DNA of 64,000 nucleotides from Eledone cirrhosa. Lineage: Eukaryota. Shown in pieces: positions 1 through 15,500 of this stretch (within the stretch, counting starts at the first letter, position 1; the number at the start of each line of letters is the position of its first letter). The position numbers and the translations under genes were made by a program. Below the pieces are notes generated by a model. The model saw only the letters and a list, made by a program, of their open reading frames with translations, was not told the origin of the DNA and made no database searches. Location of the stretch: the NCBI GenBank assembly GCA_964016885.1, contig OZ024740.1, forward strand, positions 315,890,001 through 315,954,000. Direction: 5' to 3'.

Positions 1-2904
1 ATATAGTTTACTACAACTACTGTACTAATAGAAATTGGTATTAGGTTAAATCAACTCTATTTAGTAGTTAGTGAATAAGATAGATTTTTAAACAATGTAG
101 AGGTCATTTTGGGTTTAGGAAGAACACCCAAGCATTTGGCCATACCATCCTTATCAATAAGATAATTTTTGTTTCTTGCCAGCATGGTTGTAGAAAACCA
201 GTGGGTTATGTTACCAAGTCAGGTACCAATGCCTGACAAAAGATTTAGTTAAAATACATTGGTTACACGCTGAGAATAAGTTGGTTACATAAAAATAAAG
301 TTTATATTTTAACCCTTTGTTGCAGTTATCTATGTTAGGTTACCTTTGTTAGGTTATCTATGTAAAATATCTTTAAAGCATTCACAAGTAGTTACATATT
401 TGCTTGAAATAAATTACTGTTAACATAAGAGTGAAAATTATGGAATATACTCTGAGTCCAAACAAGGTTAAAGCAGTTTGATGATAGTAACTTTTCATTA
501 ATGCATTCTTTCAGGCTAGGACTTGCTAGAGCTACTCTTGGAAACAATTCAAAGGATAAAGTTTTGGGGCTCTGATGTAAAAGTAAATGTTTACTGAAGT
601 AAACAAGAGTATGTGAAGTAAGCCCTTATTATCTCATCCTGGGTTAATTTCCATAGGGAACAAAGAAACAGTTATATGATGCTGTGATCAACTACTTCTG
701 ATGGTGAGATTTTCACAGCAATACTGATAGTACCAATGTTTTAGTTTGAAAACGAAATCACATACAAGTTATTTAGAAACAATTGTCTGAGATACATCAA
801 CATTTATATTACTCTATATATACTATTATATTTTCATGGTAAAGGCTTTAACTCACATAATTATTTTCCATAATATTGAATTTGAGATTTTGAGAACAAT
901 ACCTTAATATCAGTATGAAGGGCTGATTACAGCCAGTCCGAACAGAAAGAGGTGAAAGAATTCTGGCTGGATGCAGCTGGTTTAAATGCTAAAGGGTTAT
1001 GTGGTTGCATTGCTGAAGAATAGGGTGGTGGATTGGCAGAATTGTTAGCACATCAGACAATGTTTTGTGATATTTGTTCTGTTTTATTTTTTACATTCTT
1101 CTAAGGTTGATAAAGTGTTATCTAAAACAGTTTTGAATCAGAAGCTAAGAAGACATTATCCTTAATCAGGACTTCAGCAAGCAAGTATATTCCAAATGAA
1201 TTGAAATGATTTTTCATACTATAGTTTTCTCTTGATTGTCATGTTTAAGAGCTGCTATTATAGATAAAAGTAGTCACAAGTAACTCTGTAACATATGGTG
1301 ATTGCCTCAATGTTACATTGAACCCCACACAGCAATTTTCATACTTTTAAATCTGATGTACTAGGTTTAAAACTGATGTGGTATGTACTAGATATTCAAA
1401 TTCTATCTAAGACGATTCTCCAAGGAACAGTGCAGGGTAAGAGAAGACCAGGCAGACTGAGGGAGTGGTGGATTGACAACAGTTGAATGGATGGGGAAGA
1501 ACTTTGCCACAAACCAAGCACCCGCCCATGACTGCCAGAAATGGAGGCAGTTGGTGCAGCATTAGGCACTAGAGTGTCCTAACGACCCCGAAAGGGGTTA
1601 GGAAACCATGATGATGATCTGAAATTAATACTGATATGCAATTTGTAATATTTATATAAAATGGTGGCAAAAATAGATTTCACAAAATGAAAATAAGTCA
1701 ATACTAGTTATGAAAATTGAAGCATTTTGAGTTTTTATCTCAAGAACGTTTTTATATATTGTACATGGTAAAATGTTTATAAATCTATATGAGTTTCTCT
1801 TTTATTGAAAGACAGTTTTATCCTTTTACACAGACTTTTGGAGATCATTTCATCAATCTTTCCAGAATTCTGATATATTGGTTACATTAAAAAAAATAAT
1901 AAATAAAAACAAATTGATATTTTTATTTTATTTTCAAAAGTTAATGTGAGCAAATAGAAAATAAAAGATTGCTAACTGTTGGTTGGTTTTGAGAAGCCAA
2001 AGAATGGATTTCAACACTGACTCATCTACAAACTGAGAATAGTAGAATTATGTGTCTTATTTAACACTTAAGACTCAAATGTGAATTAGAGATGGTATTT
2101 CATTTTACTGTCAGGTAAACAGATCAATAGGCTTATGTCTTGTCTAACATCACTAATACAAATATAAAGTGGTATCAGTTCTAAATTTTACAACAGTATA
2201 ATCTTTGTGTAGTTCTTTTAATACAAGCCTGCTTGAAACTGAAGTATTCCTATTTAAATTAAAATCTCATTACAATATGAATGATATTTAAATATTTCAG
2301 TTGGTTAACACTAGCTAATATACTAATATATAAAGTTACAGATATTTCATTAAACCCCTCTCAAAATCTTGATTATATTGAAAATTAACTGAAATACATT
2401 AGCAGTCTATTCTACAGAAAATATAGCCACATAAGAATTAAAGTTAAAAACAGAATATTATTGTTTGAAGTCAGGATCTTTGGCACAAGAGCCTAACAGT
2501 TGAAACACTGACAATAAGTATTTAACATTGCTATTCTAGAAATAGGACAATGATCTTGGCACAGAAGATATGATATTTGTCTAGATGCTAGTTCAATGCA
2601 TCAATTTTTTAAAAATCAAATCCTGCAGTAATAATGTTGATTCCAGTCCTGTATACAATTTTCTATACCTTCTCCCCAACCGAAATAGTTTGGTGTTTAG
2701 CTCACTCACTCAAACATTTTTAAAGAGGTATTAATGTCAAGGTTAAGCAATACACATTATTTAAACCATATACACAGCAGCAAGTATTAATTTCTTTAAA
2801 ATGGAGACATCACTGAAGGAACAAAATAGGTCCTACAGGAGTATTTTGAAACATTTGAGAAGAAGTGAAATCAATATAGAAAAAAATTTCAAGCCTTTTA
2901 ATAT

Positions 2905-3118
2905 TAAAATTTAGGCACAAGGCCAGCAAATTTTAAGGGATTGGCAAAGTTGATTAAATCAACCTCAGTACTTGACTGGTACTTTATTTTATGAACCATG
3001 AAAAGATGAAAAGCTATATTCAACTCGGCAGGATTTGAACTCAAAATGTAAAGATCAGAACAAATACTGCAATGGCATTTTATCTGACACTTGACCAATT
3101 CTGCCAAACCACCACCCT
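2905..3118 (-). mobile_element. tRNA-derived SINE, abundant family (other copies near 7680-7890, 13055-13215, 17095-17280, 20500-20690, 24808-25015, 36730-36860)
   Basis: Recurring blocks ggcacaaggccagcaa...ctggtactttatttta...gatgaaa...atttgaactc. The reverse complement has a B-box-like GAGTTCAAATCC. Confidence 0.7.
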
Positions 3119-3423
3119 TCCAAGCTTCTTAATATTGAAATCTGAATGTAACAATAATTAATAGGATTGAAACTATACTTTTAAAATGAACAATTTTGAT
3201 AATAGAAATTATTCGAAAGGGGTCATTTAATTATCTTCTCTGTAATTATGTAACATTAGCAGGCATCTTGAAATTAGGATTGAAGTAAATCATGCAAGGT
3301 AAACAGTCGTTATTAGATTCATTCATCTCATCAGGAATTGAAAATATATTTCTGTGAAATTTGAAGATAAGATACATATGGTTCCATTGTTGCAATCTAA
3401 GAAAGTTAATCACACTGATTTGG

Positions 3424-3552
3424 TCATTTGGAATTCTGAAGTTCCCTATAGCAAGTATCACAGACACGGACTGGTTTCTTCGACGATACGATTTCCGATT
3501 GCTTTGCAGAACATTCATTACAGAAAATATGACCACAGTTTCTGCAGTGATG
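3424..3552 (-). CDS. EEA1: EEA1 last coding exon, FYVE C-terminal half
   Basis: Acceptor cctacag; reads [42 protein letters not shown] then TGA (129 nt). Confidence 0.95.
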   Translation of the reverse strand, partial: HHCRNCGHIFCNECSAKQSEIVSSKKPVRVCDTCYRELQNSK

Positions 3553-6500
3553 CTGTAGGATAAATAACAAAAAAAAAAGAGGAAGTATATGTTAAGGTAT
3601 TTGATAGTAATCAATATATTGTTGTGAGAAAGAATTAGACATATTCAATGCATAGAATAAACAACAGTTTGTACAATAACATCCTAAATTCATTTTTGGT
3701 GAAAACACAGAGATTCATAGGGAGGATTAAACCTGTTAAACTATTTCTTCAAGTAAAAATTACTTCATAGTCATAGAAAGATTGCCAAACAAAGGGCCAG
3801 GAGAACCTTTCAATCATGTCCAGGACATGACAGCTTCCCTAGTGTTGGTCATATACATAATAAACACTCAGTACATGCTGTAAAGTGGATGGTGATAGGA
3901 AAGGCATCCAGCTGTAGAAAGCTTGCCAAACAAAGGGTTGGGTGAACCCTTAAGTAATGTCATAGACATGACAACCTCCCTATCACTCGGTAGAATGTGA
4001 GACCGTACATAAGTGAGATGACAGATCCCTGGCTTGTCTGGGAGATCAGTAGCCACCACTTCAGTATTGACTTGTCAATATAGATCTGTCCAACCTTTGA
4101 TAGCAGAGAAAGCGGATATTAAAATGATGATGATGATGGTGAGATAATTCTAGCAGATAGACATAGCACTACTTTCTAAGAAAGCACAGCATCACACTTT
4201 CATTCAATACTTATGATAACAATTAACCCCAAGCAATGTCTGGTTAAAGTTTTGATGTAAAAGTTAAAAATATTCCAAGTAGTAATTTTGGTAAGAGCAA
4301 CAGCTCCTCAGATGGGATTAAAATATAGACCACATATCAACTTATAATGTGATAATACAATTAATCTATTGCTTTTCTGTCAAATAAAATGTTTTACAGA
4401 TATAGAAAGTATAATACTTGTAGAGATAGCAGACTTACCATATATACTTCTATATAAGCTGAGAAATATGTAACAAAATAAAAATCAAAAAATCAATGGT
4501 AAAATGGGGGGGGGGGGGGGGGGGATGCTTATAGTCAAGGTTAATATTTTGCTGATTTTCACCAACTACATAAATGAGGTGTTAAAATATTTTTGCTTTG
4601 GAGGTGAATATTACACTAGTTTTATTTTAGAGGTGAATATCACATCGGTTTCACTCTCAACATGAAATTTGTTTTCCCATTGTTTGGAATGTTTTATATA
4701 TGTTTGGCCTTCAAAAGGGTCTGGAATTGGTAAAAAATCATTATGTAATGGAGTTGTGAAAAACTATACCCTAAATGACACTTAAAACATTGTAAATATC
4801 AAAATATTAAAACCAAAGTGAAACCAGTGTAATATTCCCCTCCAAAACAAAAATATTTTAGCACCTCGTTTATGTACAATTTGAAGTTGGTGAAAATTAG
4901 CAAAATATTGACCTTGAATATAAGCCGACCAGTATTTTACCATAGATTTTTTTTGGGTCATATTTCTTGGTTTATATACGAATTTATACGGTAGTTGTGC
5001 CAACACATTTTCTACTACTTTCATAACATGAACCATCAGTTTTATGCCTCTGTAGTTGCTCCTTTCTAGAGCATCACATTTTCTCTTGTAATAACACACA
5101 CATACAGTTGCCTCTTTTTTTCTCTCAATTTAGACTAGGGGGCAGAGATGATTATGGGATTTTAGTTTAAAGGAGATGGTGAACAGTTTCCTTATAAAAA
5201 ATATACAAAACAAGTCTTTGTTATAGGAAAAAAATATGCCAAAGATTATTCAGAACAACTTACAGAAGTTAACAATTTGTAAGTTTACAGTTAAAACATG
5301 TTGACAAATGAAATGACTACTTACTTTCCGAATTGTCACAGAAAAGAATCTGGCACAACCCATACATTCAGTCACTTGACCGTCATCTGCCCATTTTCGA
5401 CTCTGTACTTTGGTTGTCATAATCTAAAACAAATGCATAGAAGAGTATTTCCAAATATATTTACACAGATTTTAGAAACAAAGCCTCTTCAAACAATAAA
5501 AAAAATATTGAAATCTAAACATTGTAATCAATAATACAACAGGTTTCTCACTTGATTAAAACGTCTTCTTTGGCCACTTATTCATGAGAAGGTACTTGCA
5601 TACTGAGTGAGGTGGAACTTGTTAAATCGAACCAAGGAAACAATGTTTCCATTAGTCTTTTCATTGCTGATACTATCTACCGGTCACAGCTCCCGATAAT
5701 AGAAAGAGCAATGTGAAATAAAGTGTATTGCTCAAGGACATAATGCATTACCTGGTCTGGGAATTGAACTCGCAACCTCATGATTGTGAATCCAATTCTC
5801 TAACCACAAAGTCATGCACCTTCACAATATGACCACAAAGGTGACCTAATTTATCAAAATATCGTTGTATTAGAATTCCTGATTTGTCAAGTAATACATT
5901 TTGTAAAATATAAAGATTTTCTTGTTATTTTTTTACATACCTGTAATGACTGATTTTCTCGACCTAGCTCCTGTAACGCAGCTTGAGCATCTTCTAATCT
6001 TCTGGTCACCACTGATATCCTTTCCTGCAGTGTTTCACATTCATTTTCACTAGCAAGACACCTGTACAAAACATAACACAAACATTTATGAAGACAAAAA
6101 CATAGCTACTTCAGTTAATCGATCAATCACATACTTCAGTTAATCAATCAATCAATCACATTTTAAAAATGACTGACTTTGTTAAAGGAATATAAAATAT
6201 ATATCAAAACAAAAGACAAAATGGAGTAACAACTTAAGACCAGAAAGAAGTGGTGATACAAAAGAGAACAGATAGTCATTGAGGAAGTCAAAGAATGTGT
6301 GACGAAACTGTTGTGAGTTACATTCAGTGTTATTATTTTTACATCCACACTTCAGTTCTACAGATTGTGCTTCATTGTGTCGAAATAGGAATTTGTAATT
6401 TACTGTTCCTTGTTCAATTACCTACATATTTAATTTAAGGAAATAAACAAGACACTACCGAAAAAAACTAATCAATAACTAGTAATAAAAATAACGTGAA

Positions 6501-9500
6501 AAAGTGAGTCATATGATGCCCTTCCCAATGCCAACCACTTCCCAGTATTCCATTATAGCACCAGCATTACAAGGTGGACTGGATGCTTTTTATCATGCAC
6601 CAGCACCACCACCTTATAAGATACACTAGGTGTTTTTTTTATCGTGGCACCAGCACTAACAGGGTGCTTTTTGTCATGGCACCAGTACTAACACCTTACA
6701 GGATGTACTGGGTGCTTTTTGACATGGCACCAGTACTAACACCTTACAGGGTAGACTGGGTCCTTTTTATCATGGCACCAGCACTAACACCTTACAGGGT
6801 GTACTGGGTGCTTTTTGTCAAGGCAACAGTACTAACACCTTACAGGGTGTACTGGGTGCTTTTTGTCATGGCATCAGTACTAACACCTTACAGGGTGTAC
6901 TGGGTGCTTTTTGTCATGGCATCAGTACTAACACCTTACAGGGTGTACTGGGTGCTTTTTGTCATGGCATCAGTACTAACACCTTACAGGGTGAACTGGG
7001 TACTTACCACTAAGTTATTGAGATGAGCCTTAATATTCAGGACATAAGTAACTTAATAGCAGGCTATGAGATCACAACTTGATCATCTGGACTGAAACGT
7101 AGTCATATTCTCTTTTTTTATTTTTTTCATTAGTTTCAGTCATTAGACTGTGATCATACTGGAGCACCACCTTGATTTAGTTGACCATATCAACCCCAGA
7201 CCTCTCTTTTTGAAGCCTAGTACATATTTTAACAACCCCTTTTTTATCAATCAAACCACTAAGTTATAGAATACACACACATACACACACACATATATAC
7301 ATGGTGTGCTTCTATAATGTCCATCTACCAAATTCTATTCACAAGGCATTGGTGAACCCAAGTAGAAGACCAAGGAGCCACACAGTGGAAGTGAACCTAC
7401 AAGCATAAGGTTGTGAAACAAACTACTTAACCATACAGCCATGCTTACACCTAATTATATATTTTCACATATTTTCAATGTTGTAGATTGAGATTTAAGT
7501 CCTAATTTTGTTTTAAATAATCCTCCCACTTTTTAAATTGTCTTCTACATCTTGACCACCAGGGTCATGAAGTGGACTGACCGTTAAGTTGCATTTATGG
7601 TGGTGGTATGTAGAATAAATTTACTTAAATTTTAGCAACATAGTAACTCTTTCAAGAATATTTTTCATTATCATCATTATGATGGGGCGGTGGATTAGCA
7701 ATATTGGTAGAGCATCAGTTAACATGCTTCACAGCACAGAGTTACGGCCCCTTACATTCCAATTTCGCCAAGTTTAGTTTTTGCCTTTCATCTTTACAGA
7801 GGTTGATAAAATCAAGTACCAGTAATGTACTGGAGTTGATTTAATCAACTTTTCCCTCACTCAAAGTTGCCTTGTGCCTAAATCAGAAACCATTATTATC
7901 ATTTAATTTGATAATGTAGACTAGGCATAGCAAACATGCAGCCTGTGGGCCTCACGTGACCCTTTACAATCACACCTGCGGCCCAGCACAAGCATAATAT
8001 AAAATAAATATCAATTGTAATGTGCACAATTAGTTGTCATGTGTGACCCATGTGGCCCTTGGGGGACCCTCAGTTTGACATGTCTGATGTAGACAATTCC
8101 CTTGTTTGTAGGAATATTAAGCAAACACACTTCTTTAATGTGACAAGTAAAATATTTTACCGTTCCAGCAGTAATTTCCTTTCATCATTGCTGTTGGCCA
8201 ACTTCGCTTCCAACTCTGCAGAAACATAAAAGATGATGGGATTAATAAGCTGTCATATGAAGGGAACCCCTTGAGGTGGAGTGGCTATCTCTGGCCATTC
8301 TCTCCGGAAATGCTTTTTGTTCACAGGGTGTGGTTGAGACACCGCCCAGATTGGGGTGCAGTGCTTGTCCCTCCCCTTCCCTTCGCCTTGATCCTCTTTT
8401 TCTTTTTCTTCTTTTCATTTCCCATTTTTTCTTTCTTTTTTGTTCCCTTTACTAATATGTTTTGTTTTTATTATATACTGCTTAATTATTGTTATATAAT
8501 GCCAATGGTTTTTATGATGTGATGTTTTGTATATTGAATATGTTTGTTTTCATGTTTAGTTGTTAAATTGATATACTTTGAATAAACAAAGAGAACTATA
8601 TATATATAAATAGTTATATATACAGTGATGGATTTGTTTTGCAAGTTTTTAGATATGAAATCGTGTGTTGAAACAAATATTGTTATATTTGGGAAGGGTC
8701 ATGTTGTTATATTGCCAGAAAAATATATAGTAAAATAGTATACATATATACAGGGTGCGGACGATATTTGTTCGCAATTTTCAACTGTTAATTTTATGCA
8801 AATTTTTTTTACTTCTACATAAAAACAGTGACTATATTTCCATTATTTATTTTCAGAATAATTGATTATGAATAATTTTGAACCTCCAAATTTGTGGAAG
8901 AGACACAGAGTTCTTCTTGGAAACCACGTCGGGAGGACAAATAAGACCAGAAGATCAACTCCCAGAACAGGTGGCTCGCTGTCTCATCCAAAGACGTGCC
9001 CAGAATCATGCAGACAAAGTTTCCAGCGACAACATTGGTCTTAGGTGTCATCAGCAGTCAAGGTGACGTCATGCCACTTCACTTCTTCCCCGAGGGCCTC
9101 AAGCTGAACACCGATGGCTACATCCGCATTCTGATCGAGGTAGTAAAGCCCTGGATTGACCAGGTAGCTGCAGGTAGGCCGTACGTGTGGCAGCAAGACT
9201 CAGTGCCCTGCCATACCAGCCGAAAAACCCAAGCCTGGCTGTCAGAGAACTTCGTCGACCACACTTCACCTGACATCTGGCCTCCCAGCTCGCCTGACTG
9301 CAACACACTCGACTTCTTTGTGTGGAGCGCAGTAGAACGAGACAACAAAAGATCTAGCTGCAATACGAAAGACGATCTGAAGGCCAGTATCACAAGTGCC
9401 TTTAAGGGCCTAAGTTGGGGGGACAGTGACGAAGGCCTGTAGCTGGTTCCGAGGCCGTCATCAAAGCCAATGGCGGGTTTATCGAGTGAGATCGAAAGAA

Positions 9501-12500
9501 CAAGTTTAATAAATAAATCTTAAAAAATAAAACTACTGTGTTGTTTTTTCCTAGACAGTAATCTTGCGAACAAATATCGTCCGCACCCTGTATATATATA
9601 CCATGTAAAATGGTAACTGTATCTGATAGACAGTGACATCTGTCAAACAGCCATATATCATAGCATCGTCTGATCATATAGGCTCACCACATCATACACA
9701 GTTATCTTACAACTTGTAGGCTGTCTTATCATTATTCAAGTCACAAATAAAGACTGTTATATATCACCATCTTTTTTTTTCACATTTCAGTCCAAGGAGG
9801 AGGGGTGGTATCCATAATCATGACCTTTGCAGGTTCTTCTAAACTAGTTTGTTGTTTAGCTCTAAGACTGCCATTATCAAACAGAACTTTGATCAAAGAC
9901 ATATTACAACCACAACCATCCTATCATGTTTATAGACATGGTGTGTCTAGGACTACATTATTTAATATCCTTCTATTTTTAAGATGGTATTGTTGTTTTG
10001 AGGGATATTTGACTGCTATTTCTAGCTGTAGGAGAAACATTATAAAGGCTCCCTCACTGGCTTGACAAATAAGGTCGATATGGTTGATGTTCAGCTTAAA
10101 TTTTTGCAAGTCATTTATTTTTAGAGAAAATTTATACAAAGTAGAATATGAATGATGAGAGGAGGAAAGATAAAAGTATTGGGTAGGTTTATGTGGAGGT
10201 GGTATGCAATCAGCTAGTTTTGAGGAGCAGAGGCCATTGTAGTAGAAAAGGAAGAGAGAAGAGACAAAGCCTGGGTCAAAGTTTGAAGTTGGGTTTATGT
10301 CATATCAAAGAAAGGGTTAAAATAACATCATTACACAAGAGGTAGGATAATACTTTGAAAACAGTATTTAAATTTATTTTATTAACGAAAAAATGGACGA
10401 GGAATGTTAAGAATGTGGTAATATTTTCTCAGGGGTAGATTTTAGAGCATGGAAATGTCTTTTCAGTGACAGATAAATTAGGTTAGATTAGAGGAGAGAA
10501 AGAAAAAGGATAAAAGAGATGAAGTGAAAATGAAGCAGAGTCTCAGAGAAGAAAGAGATGGATTATGGAGTGGACATCATCATCACTATTTAACATCTAT
10601 TTTTCCATGCTTGCATCGGTTAGACAGGTCACCAACGTCACGAGGAACTGCTCACATGGAACTGTCTTTTGGCTTGGATTTTTACAGCTGGATGCCCTTC
10701 CTAACATCCAGCTGTAAAACATGGAGGATGAAAATCATGGTCTGGGAGTGAAAATTAAAAAAAAGAATAGAATAAATTTTTAACTTCATGAAGTTATGTT
10801 TTATGCGAGAATGAATGTGCAAGATTTTAGCAGCGGAGATTGAGTGAAAATAAGCCATTAAAGATATGTATAGAATCACCTTGATATATTGTCACCAGTA
10901 GCAAGCACAGAAATGTAAGATAGATATATATATACAGGAATTTGCATGTAGAAGATGCACAGGAGTAATCAAGATGAAGAGTGCAAATGATATAAACCTT
11001 TTCTAGCCACAGGAAGCATCCATAGATGTGGTTCATAGCTTCTGCTATCTAGGTAACCTAATTAGTAGCAGAGGAGAATGTAGCGAGAGTATAATAGCTA
11101 GAATAAGGATAGGATGGAAGAGGTTTAGAGAACTACTCCCTACGTACAAAAGGAAGGCTGTATGATGTCTGTGTGCAGTGCTGCATGGTAGTGAAACATG
11201 GGTTGTGATTATAGAGGACATGCATAGAATAAAGAGAAATGAAGCAACCATACTTTTTTGGATATTCAATGTAAGTGTGAGAGGTAGGCAGAGCTTGGAC
11301 AAGCTGAGGAAGAAGCTGGGTTTAAGAGGAATCTGAGATATGTGCAGGAGAGAAGACTGCGTTGGTATGGACTATGACCAATGGGTGAAGAAATGCCAGG
11401 AAATCCCAGTGGAAGGAATCCACAACAGAGGACGACCAAGAAAGACTTGGGCAGAGGTTATGAGAGTAGACCTCAAAACGCTAAGATTGGCAGAGGAGAT
11501 GATGTAGGAATGTGACAAGTGGAGAGATGCCGTACTGAGAAGGACCCATCCAATCCATGGAAAAGCTGACGTAAAAACAATGATGATATGAAGAATGTAA
11601 GTTTAGGATAGATAGTACAAAACTATAGATGCTGATAAATCTTACCAAGTTTTTGTCCCAGCAGTTCATCACAGAATTTGATCTGTTCATCGAGGGATTG
11701 TTGACTCACAACCAGATCCCCACGAACTGTTGTCAGATTCTCAGTCACTACGGACAGCTGCATTTCGTAACGGGTTTCATTTTCTTCAGAGTTTTTCTCT
11801 AGCTGTTGGTAACTGTCTTCTTTTGCACTCTGTAAGGAGATAATCAATCATGATTCCCTAAATTAAAGAATTTTAACCAACAAAATTACACAATAGAAAT
11901 TTTTTTAATATTAGATAGGCATTCAGGCTAGATACATCTGGATATTTTGAAGTTAAGTGACAGGGTTGTTGTTCAGGTTGTTGGTATTTTAGTAAAAGAT
12001 AGGTGAACATTAGTAAGGCAGGAGCTCTGAAATTATTGGAAAGAAAGACATTGAGGACATAATTTGATGCAGAGTGGTAATGAGGTTGGGTTGGGAAAAG
12101 GTGAAGATATTATTCCCAATTAAGACTGGAGTTCAGTCAGGAAGATTAGAAAAGTAGAGACCATTAAGATAACATAGAAAAGGCAAATAAATGATACAGG
12201 CTATGAGAGATAGATCCTGGCCACTGATGATGACATAAATTTGTATTTCCTCATCAGACCAGAGAGAATTCTTTTGGTTGACTCAAGTTGACTTAAGGGA
12301 CTGGAGAAGATATACATAAAGAAATGAGAAAGAGTATATAGTGTCAAACATTTTTTGTTAGACTAAACAGTTGACTCAACTAAATGAGAGTATATAGAGT
12401 TAGACATTTTCTGTTAGACTAAAGTTGACTCAAGGGACTGGGGAAGATATACATCAATAAACGAGAGAGCATATAGAGCAGGCATGGGCAACCTTTTTTA

Positions 12501-15500
12501 AGAAGCGGGCTGCATGAGATATGGCTCATCATCAGGTGGGCCACAAGCACTAATTTACATTTATGCCCGCATTAAAAACAAGGGCTGTAACTCAGGTTGT
12601 TTTGATTTGTTTCTTCAGATTTCGTACACGTTTTCCTCGATCGTAAAAATGATAGGAAGATAAATTATGACTAAAAAGTTGGAGTAAAAAAAATCAGAAA
12701 AATTTCACTTAGGTGACTTAGGCGAGCCATTCAGAAAGTTTCACGGGCCCAGGTTGCTCATGACTGATATAGAATCATACATTTTTTTTGTTAGACTAAA
12801 AAAATGATTTAACAAATGAGAGAATATATAGGGTCAGACATATTTTGATAGACTAAAAAGTTGACTGAAGAGACTGGGGAAGATATACATCAACAAATGA
12901 GAGTATATAGAGTAACACATTAACAGAATCACTCTCACTAAACCCACCATCATCATCGTTATCTAATTTATGGAACTTCCCAAAATGTTGCTCTTTCTGT
13001 CTGATACAATAATAATTTAACAATGTATTAATTTTGGGGTGTGTAAAGAACTTTATAGATGGTGAATTGGTAGAGTCATTAGAGTGTTGGTATTCGTTCT
13101 GGTTCTCTTCACTTGTTCTGAGTTCAAATCCTATCAAGGACAATATTGTCTTTCATCCTTTCGAGGTTGATAACAAAATATCAGTCCAGTATTGAGGTCA
13201 ATTCTTCCTCTAAATCTCTTTTACACTTTCTCTCTATCAGTCTTCTTCTCTGGACGAAATTGGTTATGTTCAGACCCACAATTCTGTCAGGAGTTACAGG
13301 TCCATCTTTACATACAAAGAATCCTATATTTATCTGAAACACTTTATATGAAATCAATGAAGGTTTTAACAGAGAACCAGTAGAATAAATAAAAAATAAT
13401 AAATAAATGATTACAAAATACCTACCAATTTTTCTTTAATTTCAGCATTTTGATTCTCAAGCTCTGTGAGAGCTAAGGCAGATTTTTCTTTGACTTTGCT
13501 CAGTTCTTCTTGCACCTAACAACAAAAACGTATTTATACTAAACCTTTAATAAACGAGAGGGATTTTAGTGGTTTTATCTAAACATTCATAAAGATACAT
13601 AAACATATTAAAACTATAAACTTCATCAACAATAGTAATGATACATCTGTCTCCTCTCACCCTGTTACCACAATAATTTCCAATGCCCACTCCAGTTTCC
13701 ATAGCATTATGCAGTTGAATGACACCTCTTTTTCCAGACACAATATCAATTTATTTGATGTTTTATCTAGATGAAGATTTCAGTTCAGACAGCAGTGGCT
13801 CATGTGGAGTTCAGTAGAACAAGTGCCTTACTTAAGAGATGGGAGAGTGAGATGTTGAAACATTTATGCCATTTTTAAGGACATAAGTATGAGGGTGGGC
13901 TGAAAAGGTTATAAGCTAACTATGAAGGAGTGATGCAAGAGCTGTGAAATCTTGCATGGATTCATTTCAACTCTTCTTATTAATAACTGCATTGTTTCTT
14001 TCCAGGGACTATGTTGAAAAATAAACATCATTTGGTCATTCCATGAGAGTATCTTGGTCAGCCTGTGAACTTTTCAGTTGACCCTCGTATCAGGTTAAGC
14101 AAAATACCCTCAAGTATAGGATTAAAGCTGTATTGTGAACTTGGGTTAATGTGGAATTTCTCTTTATTCTATGATGCTTGCCACTAGAAAATAAAATAGT
14201 AATCTAACTCACTCCATTTAGAAGACAAATTACACCCAATAAATTCCATGTTATCTTTAACTATTAACATCCTGTACCACATGAAACCATATAAGCAAGA
14301 CATTCTTGAAAAGTATAAAACAGCACTATAATTGTATCACATTGAAAAAATTGAAGTATTTACTTTAGTTTGCTGTCAATTTTCACAACAAAACATCCAC
14401 AAGTAAAGATATAAACATTTGAATTTACAAACAAGTTTTTAGATATTTTCTGCTAAATCATTACAGGATGTTACAAGTTAAAATAGAGATCAGATATTTT
14501 AAATCCTTAATCTGCCTCAAGATAAAGATGGCCATGACTGGATAACCAAGGACAGGATACAATGACTAGAAACCTTTATTGAATGTTTTGTTTAATTGGT
14601 TACTCTGTATTAAGGGTCTGCCCAAGCAGAGTTGTTGTGAGAATTAGATCTAATACTTAACAAAACTAAATAAGATAAAATATAAGGTGCGAGGAAGGGC
14701 ATCTGACCAGAGAAAACCTACTATAAAACTCTCATTCCAGTCCATGAAAGGATGAAAAAGAACAAGAAAAATGAAGGTGATAATATTAGTGAGGTCAAAG
14801 TCTCTAGCAGATGTTGGGTTTTATTCTCAAGGCAAGATCCATTATCAATTCAATCAGCTTAATTGACAACAATAACAACAACAGTAACAACAGTAGCAAC
14901 ATCAGCACCAGTAGCAACAACATCGACAAGAACAGTAATAGTAAAAACAGCAACAACAGTAATGACAACAATAGTAACATCAACACTAGTAACAACACCA
15001 CTATCACCAGTAGCACCAGTAGCACCAATAACAATAACAACAACTTACATCATTGATAGTTATCTCTAGTTCTGACTTTTCTGACTGCAACTGGAGTTTC
15101 TGATCAATTAATAACTGTTTTGCTTCCTGTAATGTACTCACGTTCTGAAAATATCCAAGGAAATATTTTAAATGTACATTTTGGGGAGAAACAGTAATTA
15201 TCATTAGAATTATCATGGAATAAATTTTTTAGAATTTTTAAAATGTGAGAATCCCAAATTTAGAAAATAACAGTTGATAAGTGTAAGTAGGTAGGTGTAA
15301 AAGCCAAACTTGCTATCTTCAATTCAGTATTTGTGCCAACCTTGCCTATAGTAATGAATCTTGGATAATGACCGAAAGAATACGATCACAAATACAAGCA
15401 GCCAAAATGAGGTTACTTCAAAAGGTCTTTGGAGTAATGTTACTTGATAGAGTGTGTAACTCAGAGATCAGAGAGTCACTCCGGGTAGAGCCGCTACTTC

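Noticed and set aside
3246-3614. 122-aa ORF listed in the track
   Set aside because: Wrong frame; the real coding frame is the FYVE exon 3424-3552.
6574-7026. 150-aa repeat ORF
   Set aside because: It is a 48-bp minisatellite derived from a SINE motif.
14804-15069. Leu-, Asn- or Thr-rich ORFs, and His/Asp-rich ORFs at 25337-25642
   Set aside because: They are trinucleotide low-complexity repeats (aac, gat) in introns.
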